DNA of 60,941 bases, from positions 1 to 60,941 of the forward strand of contig JBDRCO010000020.1 of assembly GCA_043821645.1 (NCBI GenBank), given 5' to 3'. Under the pieces are notes generated by a model. The model saw only the letters and a program-made list of their open reading frames with translations. It was not told the origin of the DNA and ran no database searches. Source of the DNA: Pseudomonadota bacterium (lineage in GTDB: Bacteria; Myxococcota; JACRCW01; JAFGSX01). The position numbers and the translations under genes were made by a program. The first letter of the stretch is position 1. Each line of letters starts with the position of its first letter. Shown here piece by piece: positions 44,809-55,575 of the stretch.

Positions 44809-45687
44809 ATGCAGACACGTGCCCACGAAAGACTGCCAGCCAACCAGCGCGTGGACGTGCGCTACACCGATCGCGATCAGCTGTATCAGGCCTACCTGAC
44901 CGACATCTCGCGCGGTGGTCTGTTCGTGTGCACCGACCAGTCGCACGCGCTGCGCGATCCCATCGAGGTGAACATCGAGGTCGAGGGTTCGGGCATCCTG
45001 GTGCTGCAGGGCGAGGTGGTGCACGTGGTCACGGCGGAACAAGCGCGCGCTTTTAACGGCCAGGCCGGGGTGGGTGTGCAATTCCACGACCTCGACGGAG
45101 AACGCAAGGAACTGCTCGAGGAATTCCTGGACGGCTTGCGTGAGCGCCTGGATCGGGTGCTCCAGAAGGCGCCCTTTGACACCACCCTGCTCGACCAGGT
45201 GGAGCAGGCCAGCCGCAAGAATGATCTCTTCGCGGTGGTGGGTCTCGATGTCCACGCCGACGACGTGCAGATCGCCGTGGCTCTCGAGGTCCGGCAGCGC
45301 ACGCTGGGAGAGTTGTGGAGCCGGCCGGACGTCACGGGCGAGCTCAAGGATCGCATCGCCCGCGCCCAGGCGGTAGTGGAGCGCTCTGCCGCGGTGCTCA
45401 GCGATCCAACGCGACGCTACTACTTCGTGTTCCGCAGTGGACTGCTCAGCACCGAGAAGCTGGTGGAGGCGCTGCAGGGTGTACCGGATGTTGCGGAGGA
45501 GATCGCCCGCCAGTGGGAGCGCGCCAACCCGCAGCCAGGCCAGACCGGGCGCCGGCTCGCGGAGCTCGCGCTCAAGGCCTTCGCCCGTGGTGACGTCGTC
45601 GGAGCCCGCAAGAGCGCGCAGCTGGCTCTGCAGCAGAATCCCTTCCTGTTCGAACTGCGCCGGGAACTGAAGCGTCGGGGAGGATGA
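44809..45687 (+). CDS. PilZ-domain protein with degenerate J-like and TPR-like regions
   Basis: RAHER and DISRGG c-di-GMP motifs, GVGVQF; 'DLFAVVGL...LSDPTRR' J-like segment lacking HPD. Confidence 0.82.
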   Translation: MQTRAHERLPANQRVDVRYTDRDQLYQAYLTDISRGGLFVCTDQSHALRDPIEVNIEVEGSGILVLQGEVVHVVTAEQARAFNGQAGVGVQFHDLDGERKELLEEFLDGLRERLDRVLQKAPFDTTLLDQVEQASRKNDLFAVVGLDVHADDVQIAVALEVRQRTLGELWSRPDVTGELKDRIARAQAVVERSAAVLSDPTRRYYFVFRSGLLSTEKLVEALQGVPDVAEEIARQWERANPQPGQTGRRLAELALKAFARGDVVGARKSAQLALQQNPFLFELRRELKRRGG

Positions 45688-45694
45688 GCGAGGT

Positions 45695-46039
45695 TCAGCA
45701 GGCGACCGCGGCGCGGCCCACGTAGCCATCAACGCGCGCTCGGTCACTGGGGCGGATATCCAGAAATTCGATGGCCACACCCGGGCGCTTGAGCGGTCGC
45801 AGCCCGACCTGGTTGCGAATGACGCGGCCGAGCACGGTCATGCCGCGCTCGCCGGGCAGGCTCAGCCTCAGGGTCAGCAAGCTGCCCTCACCCATGCGCT
45901 CGTCGGTCGCCAGGAAGCATCCGCCAGCGCTCAGGTCGCGGGCCTGCATCAGATGTGGTTGACGATCTCGCCACACAGCGATCGTTCCGGAATAAGTGGT
46001 CCTGGAGTGCTGTCGGCTGTTCATCTTCTTGCCCTTCAT
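45695..46039 (-). CDS. single-domain PilZ protein
   Basis: RQHSR and DLSAGG motifs, GVAIEF. Confidence 0.88.
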   Translation of the reverse strand: MKGKKMNSRQHSRTTYSGTIAVWRDRQPHLMQARDLSAGGCFLATDERMGEGSLLTLRLSLPGERGMTVLGRVIRNQVGLRPLKRPGVAIEFLDIRPSDRARVDGYVGRAAVAC

Positions 46040-46106
46040 GACGTGCTCCCGAATCCTTATGCGTGCGCTGGCTGGTTTGGCTCGTCGACGCGTGAGTCAT
46101 TTCGTT

Positions 46107-46122
46107 ATCAGTATCCATGCCA
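46107..46122 (-). promoter_or_regulatory. possible sigma54 (-24/-12) promoter of the PilZ gene
   Basis: Minus strand TGGCAT-GGATA-CTGAT (imperfect -12), with an AT-rich tract upstream (46150-46175). Confidence 0.35.
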
Positions 46123-46463
46123 ATAGACGCGCTGCCCCCCCCTGTGGTCGTAAAAATATTTATTCTTTCTTCTAGGATGGCGACCTTGCAGAGCTTTTCT
46201 TTTGCGCCCCAGCCAAGGATCCGAGCGGACCGACACAAATGAGTTTTCACGTTTAAATACAAAATATTGAACAACTGTGAACCCGCTCACAATCGGCCAA
46301 GGTTTGGACCTCGCAGGACTTTGTGCTGTGCCAGGGCACTGGCTGTGTTGCGCCAGACCTGTCGCAGATTTCTGACATCGCTGCCCTGATCTGCAGCCAA
46401 GGGTTCACACTTGTGAACCGTACACAGCACACGGGAGGGGCGGCCAAGAAGAGACGCGAGCGC

Positions 46464-46820
46464 TCAGCGCTTGTCAGGATCCCGGGACAGGGCGCTCTGC
46501 TCCAGCTCGGCCGGGCGCTGCCGGAGCAGGTTGTAGTCCAGGCATAGGGCCTCGAGCTGCTTCAGCTCGCGCAGGCGTGCGGGTGGGTCGGATGCGCCCT
46601 CGACACGCTGCCGCGCCTCGTCGATCTGCCGCAGCAGCTCGACCTCCCGCGGCACCAGGCCATGGTTCTTGAGGATCTTGTAAGCCATGCGCAGCTCGGG
46701 CGGCAGCGCCGTGTCGGGATCGTCGGGCAGGCGCTGGCCCTTGCCGGGCAGGTCATCCAGCTCGCCACGCGCCACGGCTTCTTGCAGGCGCTGCTCGGCC
46801 AGCTTGGAGAAGTCGACCAC
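46464..46820 (-). CDS. DUF1992 domain protein
   Basis: LAEQRLQEAVARGELDDLPGKG...PELRMAYKILKN...P. Confidence 0.9.
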   Translation of the reverse strand: MVDFSKLAEQRLQEAVARGELDDLPGKGQRLPDDPDTALPPELRMAYKILKNHGLVPREVELLRQIDEARQRVEGASDPPARLRELKQLEALCLDYNLLRQRPAELEQSALSRDPDKR

Positions 46821-46827
46821 GGGATAT

Positions 46828-48531
46828 CTAGTTGGTGTCGGTGGTGGTGCTGTTGGGATCCTGGATCAAGGTCGCCACCTTGTTCTGGACCTCGGGCAGC
46901 ACACCCAGGGGCGTGGCCGCACGGTAGCGCTGGGCGGCGCTGGCGCCCACGGGATCGTTGAACTTGAACACCCAGGTCACGGTGGTGTTGGGCTGCAGGA
47001 TCACACCCGCAGGCAAGGTCAGGCGCAGCTGGGTGGTGTAGCCAGAGGCCACGTAGGCCGCGCCCTGGGGCACGACCTCGACCAGGTCGGCGCGCGGGGG
47101 CAGCTCCTCGCCGGTGTAGCCGAACTCCATGGGGTGGTCGGCGGTGCCGCTGGAGGTCGCGTTGCCGGTCTGCACGTCGATGCCGCTGACCTGGATGCGC
47201 ACGGGAAGCAGGTCGGCCGCGGTGGCCGCCGTGCCGTCGTCCTTGCGCGCGCCCACCGGCACATCGAGCAGGAACCAGATGTAGTCGCCGCCCTCGATGA
47301 TGTTGTTGTAGGTCCGCTCCTCGTGGCGCACCAGGCTGACCACCACGGACTCGGTGGTGGGCTCGATGAAGAAGGCCACGCCGCCGCGGTAGGCGCCACC
47401 GCTGCCGAGCTGGGCCGGCCGCGCCTCGATGTAGGCGTTGTACTCCTGACCGGCCTGCAGCGAACCCGGCAGGGGGATGGTGACGACGTTGCGATAGGCA
47501 TTGAAGGCGCTCTCGTCGTAGCTCGTGGGTCCGATGAAGTTGCCACCGGTCTCGCCCACCAGGCGGAACAGGAAGGAGTCCACCTCCACCGGCTGGTTGA
47601 AGGCGATGGTCACATTGCCGGTCTTGGGCAGCACCGAGGGCGTCGGCACCGGCTTTGGCGACGAGGCAGCGGGGTTGACCAGGTCGGCCAGGTTGGAGGC
47701 CACCACGCGCAGCGGCAGGTCACCGGTGGGGAAGCCCACGACGACGGTCAGCGGTGCGACCTCCACGGCGGCCGTGGCGACGGTGAAGCTCGAGATGGCA
47801 CCGGTGTAGTCGGGCAGGTCGTCGCCGTCGATGTCCGGAGGCGGCACGGTGACGATGAAGCTGCGGTTCGGGATCCGGTACGCCAGCACGGCGGCATTGG
47901 GCAGGCCGGTGAGCGCGGCGCGGCCATCGGCGTCGGTCTGCGCGGCGGCGTGCACGCGGCCGACCGCGGTGCCACCCAGGAAGTAGGCAAAGTCGGTGTC
48001 GATGAAGACATCCGCGCCTGCCACTGCGCGGCCGTCGGGCGCCAGCACCATCACGTCGACGTGACCCGACAGCTCGATGAGCTCGATGGGTGGCACAGCC
48101 ACGTGCGCGTTGGCCGAGGGGAAGTTGCCCACCTCGGCGTTCAGCTGGACGGTGGCGTAGGCGGTGGCGTAGCCATCCCCGCTGATGACGACCGTGATGC
48201 CCACACCCGCGGGCACCTCGGTGAAGCGGAACTGCCCGCTGCCGTCGCTGATGACCTGCTGCTGACCCAGGGTCGAACCGCCGTAGCCGCCCGCGACCAG
48301 GCGCACGGTGAACGAGCGCCCCTCGGGCAGAGGGACGCCCGTGGCGGCATCGAGCACCATGCCGGTGACGGTGCCGGTGGGATTGGACGGTGCGATCACC
48401 GTGGTCGCAGCCACACCATCGTCCTTGCCGTCACCGTTGACGTCCTTGAGCGGGGGTTCACCGCAGGTGACGAGGAGCAGACTGGCGAGCAGCATGGAAA
48501 GCAGGACGGAGAGTCGCATGGGCTTGGTCAT
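46828..48531 (-). CDS. lipoprotein with carboxypeptidase-regulatory-like / Ig-like domains
   Basis: Lipobox LLVTC; 'GTVTGMVLDAATGVPL', 'SDGSGQFRF', 'TDADGRAAL' beta-sandwich repeats. Confidence 0.82.
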   Translation of the reverse strand: MTKPMRLSVLLSMLLASLLLVTCGEPPLKDVNGDGKDDGVAATTVIAPSNPTGTVTGMVLDAATGVPLPEGRSFTVRLVAGGYGGSTLGQQQVISDGSGQFRFTEVPAGVGITVVISGDGYATAYATVQLNAEVGNFPSANAHVAVPPIELIELSGHVDVMVLAPDGRAVAGADVFIDTDFAYFLGGTAVGRVHAAAQTDADGRAALTGLPNAAVLAYRIPNRSFIVTVPPPDIDGDDLPDYTGAISSFTVATAAVEVAPLTVVVGFPTGDLPLRVVASNLADLVNPAASSPKPVPTPSVLPKTGNVTIAFNQPVEVDSFLFRLVGETGGNFIGPTSYDESAFNAYRNVVTIPLPGSLQAGQEYNAYIEARPAQLGSGGAYRGGVAFFIEPTTESVVVSLVRHEERTYNNIIEGGDYIWFLLDVPVGARKDDGTAATAADLLPVRIQVSGIDVQTGNATSSGTADHPMEFGYTGEELPPRADLVEVVPQGAAYVASGYTTQLRLTLPAGVILQPNTTVTWVFKFNDPVGASAAQRYRAATPLGVLPEVQNKVATLIQDPNSTTTDTN

Positions 48532-48746
48532 GATTGGATTCCCCTGCCGCGCCGCAGTCATGGAACATGGCGCGAGCGGGGCCATCGTCGCCAGGGCGGG
48601 TCGCGCTGTCAACCCCGACACGCAGGGGAAACCAAAGCCATGTGCGGGAACAAGGCCTGATCGTGGCAGCTCGCCCTTGACGACGGCAGCTGCGCTCGGC
48701 AAGGTGTCGAGCGTTGTTCGTGGGGCGCTCGGGCGTCCAGCTTCGT

Positions 48747-48830
48747 GCCGGAGTGATGGAACTGGTAGACGTGCGGGACTCAAAATCCCGTGTCCGCAAG
48801 GGCGTGAGGGTTCGACTCCCTCCTCCGGCA
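48747..48830 (+). tRNA. tRNA-Leu (CAA)
   Basis: GCCGGAG acceptor stem pairing with CTCCGGC-A, D-loop TGGTAGAC, anticodon loop CT-CAA-AA, long variable arm, GGTTCGACTCC; CCA not encoded. Confidence 0.96.
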
Positions 48831-48969
48831 AAGCCCTGACCCTTCCTGCTCACCGATTTTCTTGACCCATCGTTCCATTCGCTCAACCAGACGCCCTGCT
48901 GCTTCGTCTCGGGGGGCGAGGTCGAGATGCGGGACAGGTTCCTGCCCGACCTTCGAGGAGGATCGAGCC

Positions 48970-49833
48970 ATGACTTCAAAGCGAATAATTCCGAATACCT
49001 GGACTCGCGAGCGGACACAGGTCCTGTGCCTCACCGCGGCATCGATCCTGTTCGGTGCGGCCTTCAGCTGCGGTCCCCTGCCAGATCTCGAGGACAGCCA
49101 GGAGCCCGAGGCGGTGGGCAGCCAGCTGCAGGTACAGCAAGCCCAGCCCAGCGATTGCCCCGACGACCTGCGGGCGGCCGCCGGTCAGGCCTGCACCGGC
49201 TCGGCCGTGTGCAATGGCGACGGCAGCGACGAGCTGTGCTCGGCCTGCCCCGACCAGGACTGCACGGTGCTGATGTGCGAGGACGGCGCCTGGAATTTCT
49301 ACGAGGTGAGCGCCAGTACAGGCTGTGGCGATCCGGATCCCGACACCTGCCAGGTGCCGGACTACCCGGAACAATGCGACGGCGTGAGCACCTTCCAGTG
49401 CGGCGTCGACGTACAGTGCGTGGCTGGCGTGCTGCAGGTGAACTGGCACGAGCATGTGTTCTGCCACGGCCCCGACCAGCCCGAGGAGATCGTTCCCTAC
49501 AGCTGCGCCTTCACGTGTCCCAACGGTTGCGAGGAGGGCTACCTGGGCTTCTGGCCCAGCGACGGCACCGACCTGGTCGCGCAGGGTTGCTTGCCCGCCC
49601 CCGACGGTGAGTCTGAAGGCGAGGTCCCGCCCGACGCGGACACCGATCTCTGTCCCGGCGATCTCCGAGCGGCCTCAGCACAGCCGTGCACCGGTGACGC
49701 GATCTGCAACGCCGACGGCAGCCACGAGCTGTGCACGGGCTGCCCGGACAGCGACTGCACGGTGCTGCTGTGCGAGCAAGGTGCGTGGCGGCTGTACGAG
49801 GTCTCGGCTTGCGACACGCCTCCGGGGCCATGA
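48970..49833 (+). CDS. Cys-rich lipoprotein with duplicated domain
   Basis: GAGGAGG RBS; lipobox AAFSC; two copies of CPxDLRAA..Q.CTG..CN.DGS.ELC..CPD.DCTVL.CE.GAW..YEVSA. Confidence 0.8.
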   Translation: MTSKRIIPNTWTRERTQVLCLTAASILFGAAFSCGPLPDLEDSQEPEAVGSQLQVQQAQPSDCPDDLRAAAGQACTGSAVCNGDGSDELCSACPDQDCTVLMCEDGAWNFYEVSASTGCGDPDPDTCQVPDYPEQCDGVSTFQCGVDVQCVAGVLQVNWHEHVFCHGPDQPEEIVPYSCAFTCPNGCEEGYLGFWPSDGTDLVAQGCLPAPDGESEGEVPPDADTDLCPGDLRAASAQPCTGDAICNADGSHELCTGCPDSDCTVLLCEQGAWRLYEVSACDTPPGP

Positions 49834-50142
49834 GGACTGGGGGGACGTCAACGACGTCGAACCTCAGAGACGAACCTCAGGGACAGAGCCGCAGCATCGC
49901 CGCAGCCCGCCGACGCCAGAAGTGGCAGCGCGCCAGCCCATCGGATGGAACCTGCCGCAGCGGATCCAGGAACCTGCTCCGCAGCGTCGGTCTGTCGCCA
50001 CGCTCCCTCACGACCCGGGTTTCGGGGCTCCGGCAACGCGCCTCTGGGCGCTGCGAAGCAACCTGAAGCGCCGATCTGCCGTGTCCGGTAAAAGTCCCTA
50101 TGTGCTGGGGAGCCCGCCGAGAGGCAACGAAGCGAGAGAGCC

Positions 50143-50790
50143 ATGAGCGAGACAAGCGGACCGCCGAGAGACCGGGGGAGCTGGGACAGCAGGTACGTGG
50201 ACGGATTTCTGCCCTGGGACACGGGCAGGGCGGACGCGCACCTGCTGCGGGTGGTCGAGGAGCGCGGCATCCGACCCGGCCGGGCGGTCGAGCTTGGCTG
50301 CGGCACCGGCACCAATAGCATCTGGCTGGCACAGCAGGGTTTCGACATGACGGGGCTCGACCTGGCACCGACGGCGGTGCAGCGCGCCAGGGCCAAGGCC
50401 GAGGCCGCCGGGGTGGCCTGCGAATTCGTCAACGCCGACATCCTGAACGACCCGCTGCCCGCTGGCCCCTTCGACTTCGCCTACGACCGCGGTTGCCTGC
50501 ACACCTTTGCCCTCGACAGCGAGCGCACACTCTTTGTCGAGCACCTGGCGGCCATGCTGGCCCCTGGCGCCCTGTGGCACAGCCTCATCGGCTCCACCGA
50601 CGGTCCGCCGCGGGAGAGTGGCCCGCCCAGGCGCAGCGCCGCCCAGATCGCGAGCGCGGTCGAGCCGCACTTCGAGATCCTCGAGCTGCGCTCGACCAGC
50701 TTCGACAGTGAACGACACGCCGAGGCCCGGGCCTGGGTACTGGTGGCGCGGCGGCGCGGCAACGACGCGTTCGACGCCGGGGCTGCTTGA
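50143..50790 (+). CDS. class I SAM-dependent methyltransferase (TPMT-like)
   Basis: WDSRY...PWD, VELGCGTG, FDFAYDRGCLH. Confidence 0.92.
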   Translation: MSETSGPPRDRGSWDSRYVDGFLPWDTGRADAHLLRVVEERGIRPGRAVELGCGTGTNSIWLAQQGFDMTGLDLAPTAVQRARAKAEAAGVACEFVNADILNDPLPAGPFDFAYDRGCLHTFALDSERTLFVEHLAAMLAPGALWHSLIGSTDGPPRESGPPRRSAAQIASAVEPHFEILELRSTSFDSERHAEARAWVLVARRRGNDAFDAGAA

Positions 50791-50962
50791 TCCACACAGG
50801 CGGGCGGGGCGGTGCAGGGCGGGAGCAGGAGGTCGGGGACAGAGCCGACATGCCTACGTTCTTGGTGAACAGGACGCCAAGGAAACAACAATCGGTGGGG
50901 CACAGATCGTCCGAATTCCGGTCAGCAGATCGCGCGCACCCCGGCCGAGTCCTCCTCAGCTC

Positions 50963-52705
50963 TCAGGGCCAGCGCTCGCAGCCGTCGTCATTGCGGAAGC
51001 TCCCCGTGTGCTGCGGGTCGTCGATGTTGCAGGGCTCGTCCAGCTGCTGGGCCGTGCAGGTCGAGTTGCCGGCATACCAGTTGGCGCCGCAGCGTCGGGA
51101 GCCGATGTTGGAGCCGAAGGGCGTGTTGCGGGTGAAGTAGTTGGTCGTCGCCGCGGACCAGTCACCCATGATGGACAGCCCCGTGCTGCGGGAGGCAAAC
51201 CAGCCCAGGCCCGTGCAGTTTCCGCTGCAGTTGGCCACCAGCTGGTTGTTGTCGAGGGTGTTGCCGCTGGTCGACCTGGCGGCGTTGTGGCGTCGGGCCA
51301 GGACCAGGGCGATGGCGGTATCCGCGCCCGCGGGCAGGTCCGAGTACGCCGCCGAGCCCGGTGCGCCAAACAGCACGTTGACGTCGCCGTAGACGTTGTT
51401 GCCGATGCGGTTGCTGGCCCGCTCGTTCTTGAACACGTTGTCCTCGACGGTGGAGGCGCTGGTGTCGAGCAGGGTCACACTCGGCGCGCCCACGCACCGG
51501 TAGTTGGAGGCAAAGGGGTAGCCGGGATCGTAGGCCAGGTTGCCGCGAACCAGCAGGTTCGCCGAGCCATCGACGTCGATGTTCATGCCGCACTGGTCGT
51601 GGATGGTGTTGCCGAGGATCTCGCCCCCTTGCAGGTTGCCGGCGACGTAGATGCCGCCCCCCGGGATGCCACCGTTGTTGCAGTTGTAGCCGTTGTGGTG
51701 AATGTGCGTGTTCTCGACGGTGCCGAACCCACCCATGGACACGGAGTCGCAGGCGATGTTGGTGATCTCCGACTCCCGGATGGCGTTGCGGTCGGCGGGG
51801 CCGAGGGTGCTGCGAAAGATCGCGCCGAAGCTCAGGCTGTGGATCTTGACCCGCAGCACCTCGTTGCCGGTGCAGTGCTCGCAGATGAAGTAGACGCCGG
51901 TGACGCCCTCGACCGGATGCGGGCCGTTGGAGTTGTAGATCTCGAGGTCGTGCAAAGAATTGTTGTTACTGGACACGCTGACGATGGCGCCATTGGTGCG
52001 CACGACCCGCTGCAGGCCGTCGAGGCGAAGGTGGCCGACCTCGGTGTTGCCACCCGGGCTGACCAGGAAATTCGTCGTGGCGCCTTGCTCCAGGTAGATC
52101 CGTGGTCTGTCGCCGGCCGTGCCCAGCAGCCTCGCCCCTGGCGGGACCACGATGCCTGCACCCAGTGCGTAGTCTCCCGGTTGCAGGATCGCCTGGCCCG
52201 CTGCCAGGCAGGCCGCGATGGTGCTGTTGTTGGTCTGCGCGCTCGGCGCGGGGCTCAGCGAAAGGCAAGGGTCTGGTCGGAACGCATCCGGCGTGGAGCC
52301 CGCGTCGGCGGGAACAGCAAGGTCGGACGCGGACCCGGTGTCGACGGTGGCAGCGGCATCTGCAGGCTCGACCACATCGGCGGGTACAGCGGCGTCGGTG
52401 GCTGATCCGGCGTCGGCGAGGGCAGCGGCATCTGCAGCCCCGGCGGCGTCCGCCAATACGGCCGTGTCGGGTGCAGTTTCCACGTCGTGCAGACTGCTGG
52501 CGTCGGCCAGGACAGCAGCGTCGCCAGGCTCACCAGCGTCCAGCAGCCAGGTCGCGTCGGCAGGTGCGTCAGCGTCGGAGGCGATACCCGCATCCTGAAC
52601 CACACGACCGTCGGCGCTGCCCGCGTCGACGATCCGAGGAAAGGCCTCGGGGACTGCGCAGGCGAGCCCGTGCAGCCACAGCAGCCCCACCGTGGCGATA
52701 CGCAT
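50963..52705 (-). CDS. secreted right-handed beta-helix (pectin-lyase-like) protein
   Basis: Signal/lipobox HGLAC; D/A-rich linker; LQPGDY and Asn-ladder repeats (ENTHIHHNG, GNTIHD, GNLAYD, DNVFKN). Confidence 0.8.
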   Translation of the reverse strand: MRIATVGLLWLHGLACAVPEAFPRIVDAGSADGRVVQDAGIASDADAPADATWLLDAGEPGDAAVLADASSLHDVETAPDTAVLADAAGAADAAALADAGSATDAAVPADVVEPADAAATVDTGSASDLAVPADAGSTPDAFRPDPCLSLSPAPSAQTNNSTIAACLAAGQAILQPGDYALGAGIVVPPGARLLGTAGDRPRIYLEQGATTNFLVSPGGNTEVGHLRLDGLQRVVRTNGAIVSVSSNNNSLHDLEIYNSNGPHPVEGVTGVYFICEHCTGNEVLRVKIHSLSFGAIFRSTLGPADRNAIRESEITNIACDSVSMGGFGTVENTHIHHNGYNCNNGGIPGGGIYVAGNLQGGEILGNTIHDQCGMNIDVDGSANLLVRGNLAYDPGYPFASNYRCVGAPSVTLLDTSASTVEDNVFKNERASNRIGNNVYGDVNVLFGAPGSAAYSDLPAGADTAIALVLARRHNAARSTSGNTLDNNQLVANCSGNCTGLGWFASRSTGLSIMGDWSAATTNYFTRNTPFGSNIGSRRCGANWYAGNSTCTAQQLDEPCNIDDPQHTGSFRNDDGCERWP

Positions 52706-53002
52706 CTCGACCATCCTCGGCTTGCCTGGCCAGCAGGCGCTGATTCTCACGTTCGGCATGGAGCGACCTCGCTGCACACCAGGGTACAGGCGCAGGGTGT
52801 AGGTGTCCCTCGTACCAATGCCCGATGTCGTTTCAATCCAACAGCTTGGAGGGATGAGCCCAGCAAGGGATGGCCTGGACCTGCGGGCGCCATGCGGTCA
52901 GACCTGCTGCAGGAGCCCATGGGGGAAAATGGCCCGTCGCGGCAGCACGGGCGGTGTCGTCACCTACCCGGTATGGCCGCAGCGCATGGCATGCGGTCGC
53001 TG

Positions 53003-55438
53003 CTACTGGCACGCGCCCGAAAGCACGAGCCGCCGCACCACGATGACGCCGCCGCTGCCGCCGCCACCTCCACCGCCGTTGTTGTCGGTGAAGTCGCCGC
53101 CCTGGGGGTAGGCCGTGGCGCTGGTGGGCCAGTTCGCGACCGGCAAGGTGCAGACCTGGGAGCTGCCGATGCTGGCGCCGGTGCCGTTGCAGCTGGGGCT
53201 GGCGAGGTTCCAGTACGAGAGCCCGCCACGCCCCTCGCTGACGCAGCTCGCCGGCGAGCTGTGCGTGGCGTAGTCATCGTCGGTGATGTGCCCGTTCTCG
53301 GCCGTGCCACTGCAGCCACCGCCGCCATCGCGGCCGCCGCCGGAGCCGCCGTGGGCCCGGACGCCAGCCGCTGCGCTGAGGTCGATGACCGTGGCCTCGA
53401 GTACGATGGAGCCACCCGAGCCACCGCCGGAGCCGCTGCCATGGCTTCCGACCACGGTGCCGCCACCCCCGGCAGCGCTTATGATGCCGCCGGCACCGAC
53501 GGTGAGCATCCCGGCCACGGTCAACTGAAGCGCGCCACCGCCCGAGCCACCATAGTAGGCGGTGCTGCTATCGCGGGTCTCCCCGCGGCCACCCGCGCAG
53601 CCCGCGCGCAGGGGGGACAGGGACCGGTCTGGAGCCGCGAGGCCATAGATGGGCACCACCGCGTAGTGCGCGCTGTTGTTGGCCGGGAACCGGGTCTGGG
53701 AGTCAATGAAGCTGTTGTCACAGGCCGCGTCCGGGCACATCGGCTTGCACTCGTAGCCGTTCGCCTCCTTGTAACAACGGAAATTTTGTCGCTCTCCCCC
53801 GCCAAAGCCTCCGTTGGTGCGAAAACCGGCGCCACCGCCGCCAAGCGACCAGTACCCCGGCTCCCGGTTCACACCCTGGCCCGTGCCAGTGGCGAACAGG
53901 TTGCAGTCGCCGCTGCCCACTGCACCCCCCGCCGTGGCGATGCTGCCGTCGGTGGACAGATCGCCGCCCGCACCAGGTGTGGTGCCCTTGGCGCCCACAT
54001 CGATCACGCCCTGAACGGTGGCGTCACCGCGCACGGCCAGGACCACGGGCTTGTTGCCGACCAGCCGCAGCGTGCTGGTCGCCGGGATGCGCAGGCTCGC
54101 CATGGGCACGATCACGGTATCCGGACCACCGGTCTGGGCCATCACGACCGGAGTGGGAACGGGCCCGCACCAGTTGCTGAGCATCGCGTCCGCCGCCAGC
54201 GAGGTGTTGATCGTGGGACTGCAGCCCGTGAGGTCGACGGCAGCACTGTAAACCAGCGCGCCATCGTCGAAGTCGAAGTTGGCCGCGCTGCCCCAGCAGG
54301 TCGAGCAGGGCGCACAGGTGATTCCACCGCAGTCGATGCCGGTCTCGTCCTGGTTCTGGAACCCGTCCGTGCAGGTGGGCGTGCGACAGGTCCAGTCCGC
54401 GGGACGGCAGAAATCATTCTGGCAATCGCCATTGTCGTCACACCCTTGGCCGTCTATGCACAGCGGGCTCTGCCCGACGCAGCTGCCCCCACAGTCGACA
54501 TCGGTCTCGTCCTGATTGAGGTACTGGTCGAAGCAGGTGGGCGCCTCGCAGGTGTGCGTGCTCACGCGGCAGAAGCCACTGAGGCAATCACCGTCGGCGC
54601 CACAACCGTCACTGTTGTCGCACAGCGGGCCTTGCTCAACACAGACCCCGCCGCAGTCAATGTCGGTCTCGTCCTGGTTGAAGAAGCCGTCCGAGCAGGT
54701 CGGGGACTGGCAGGTGTCGTCGCTGGGTCGACAGAAATCGCTGCTGCAGTCGGTGTGATTCGAGCAGCCGGCACCGTCGTTGCACGGCGGGGTCTGACCG
54801 ATGCAGCTCCCGCCGCAATCGATCCCGGTCTCGTCGCCATTGAGGTAGCCGTCAAGGCAGGTGGGCGTCTCGCAGGTGTGCATGGTCGGATGGCAGAAGC
54901 TGCCCGGACAGGCGCTGTGGTCCTGACAGGTGGATGTTGCGTCGCCGGCGGGCCCCCCATCGGCGGCCGTGTCCTGCACGCCGTTGTCGGGGTGCTGAGC
55001 ATCGACGCTGGCATCTGCGATCCACCCATCGAGGCCGCTTGAAGTGTCGGCAGGTGACCGGTCAGACCCCCCGGCCTCACTCTCCGGCCGGTCCGATGCA
55101 CCGACGTCACTCGCCGATCCGTCACGTCCCGTGGCGTCGACGAAAGGTCGCTCCCATCCCAGGAGGTCCCCGGCCAATGGCGTGTCTGTCCAGATGTCGC
55201 GCGCACGGGTGTCAAAACCGGGCCGCTCTGCCGAGCCGCCGTCAACCGAAAGGGCGTCCCAAGTGACCGCGCTGTCGACCGGGGGGTGCGCCAGACACTG
55301 ACCCTCATGGCAGGTGTAGCCAGATGGGCAGTTGCTGTCGTCGATGCAGTTGGCCGTGGTCGAGGCGGTGAACATGCCGCAACCGGAAGCGGTGTGCAGC
55401 GCGCAGCAGGCGAGGAATGCGGGGAACCACCTGGACAT
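53003..55438 (-). CDS. large Cys-rich secreted/lipoprotein with four 54-aa repeats and Gly-rich C-domain
   Basis: Signal ending ASGC; PTCxDGxxNQDETDIDCGG repeats at 162-bp spacing; GGSGGGALQL / GGGSGGSIVLEA Gly-rich motifs. Confidence 0.82.
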   Translation of the reverse strand: MSRWFPAFLACCALHTASGCGMFTASTTANCIDDSNCPSGYTCHEGQCLAHPPVDSAVTWDALSVDGGSAERPGFDTRARDIWTDTPLAGDLLGWERPFVDATGRDGSASDVGASDRPESEAGGSDRSPADTSSGLDGWIADASVDAQHPDNGVQDTAADGGPAGDATSTCQDHSACPGSFCHPTMHTCETPTCLDGYLNGDETGIDCGGSCIGQTPPCNDGAGCSNHTDCSSDFCRPSDDTCQSPTCSDGFFNQDETDIDCGGVCVEQGPLCDNSDGCGADGDCLSGFCRVSTHTCEAPTCFDQYLNQDETDVDCGGSCVGQSPLCIDGQGCDDNGDCQNDFCRPADWTCRTPTCTDGFQNQDETGIDCGGITCAPCSTCWGSAANFDFDDGALVYSAAVDLTGCSPTINTSLAADAMLSNWCGPVPTPVVMAQTGGPDTVIVPMASLRIPATSTLRLVGNKPVVLAVRGDATVQGVIDVGAKGTTPGAGGDLSTDGSIATAGGAVGSGDCNLFATGTGQGVNREPGYWSLGGGGAGFRTNGGFGGGERQNFRCYKEANGYECKPMCPDAACDNSFIDSQTRFPANNSAHYAVVPIYGLAAPDRSLSPLRAGCAGGRGETRDSSTAYYGGSGGGALQLTVAGMLTVGAGGIISAAGGGGTVVGSHGSGSGGGSGGSIVLEATVIDLSAAAGVRAHGGSGGGRDGGGGCSGTAENGHITDDDYATHSSPASCVSEGRGGLSYWNLASPSCNGTGASIGSSQVCTLPVANWPTSATAYPQGGDFTDNNGGGGGGGSGGVIVVRRLVLSGACQ

Positions 55439-55575
55439 TCAACCATTTTACCACGACTTCCCACGGTGCGAACGAACAGGGCACGTGCTCCGCCTCCCCC
55501 TGTCGCCCAACTCGCCTGTGGCTGCCCACGATCCGTCGGCGCTAGAATGTCGCACCCTGCGGGGTGGAGTCTGCC

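Noticed and set aside
49855-49990. Short direct repeats (CGAACCTCAG x2; GGAACCTGC..CGCAGCG x2)
   Set aside because: Two-copy short repeats with no consistent period or structure; not enough to call an element.
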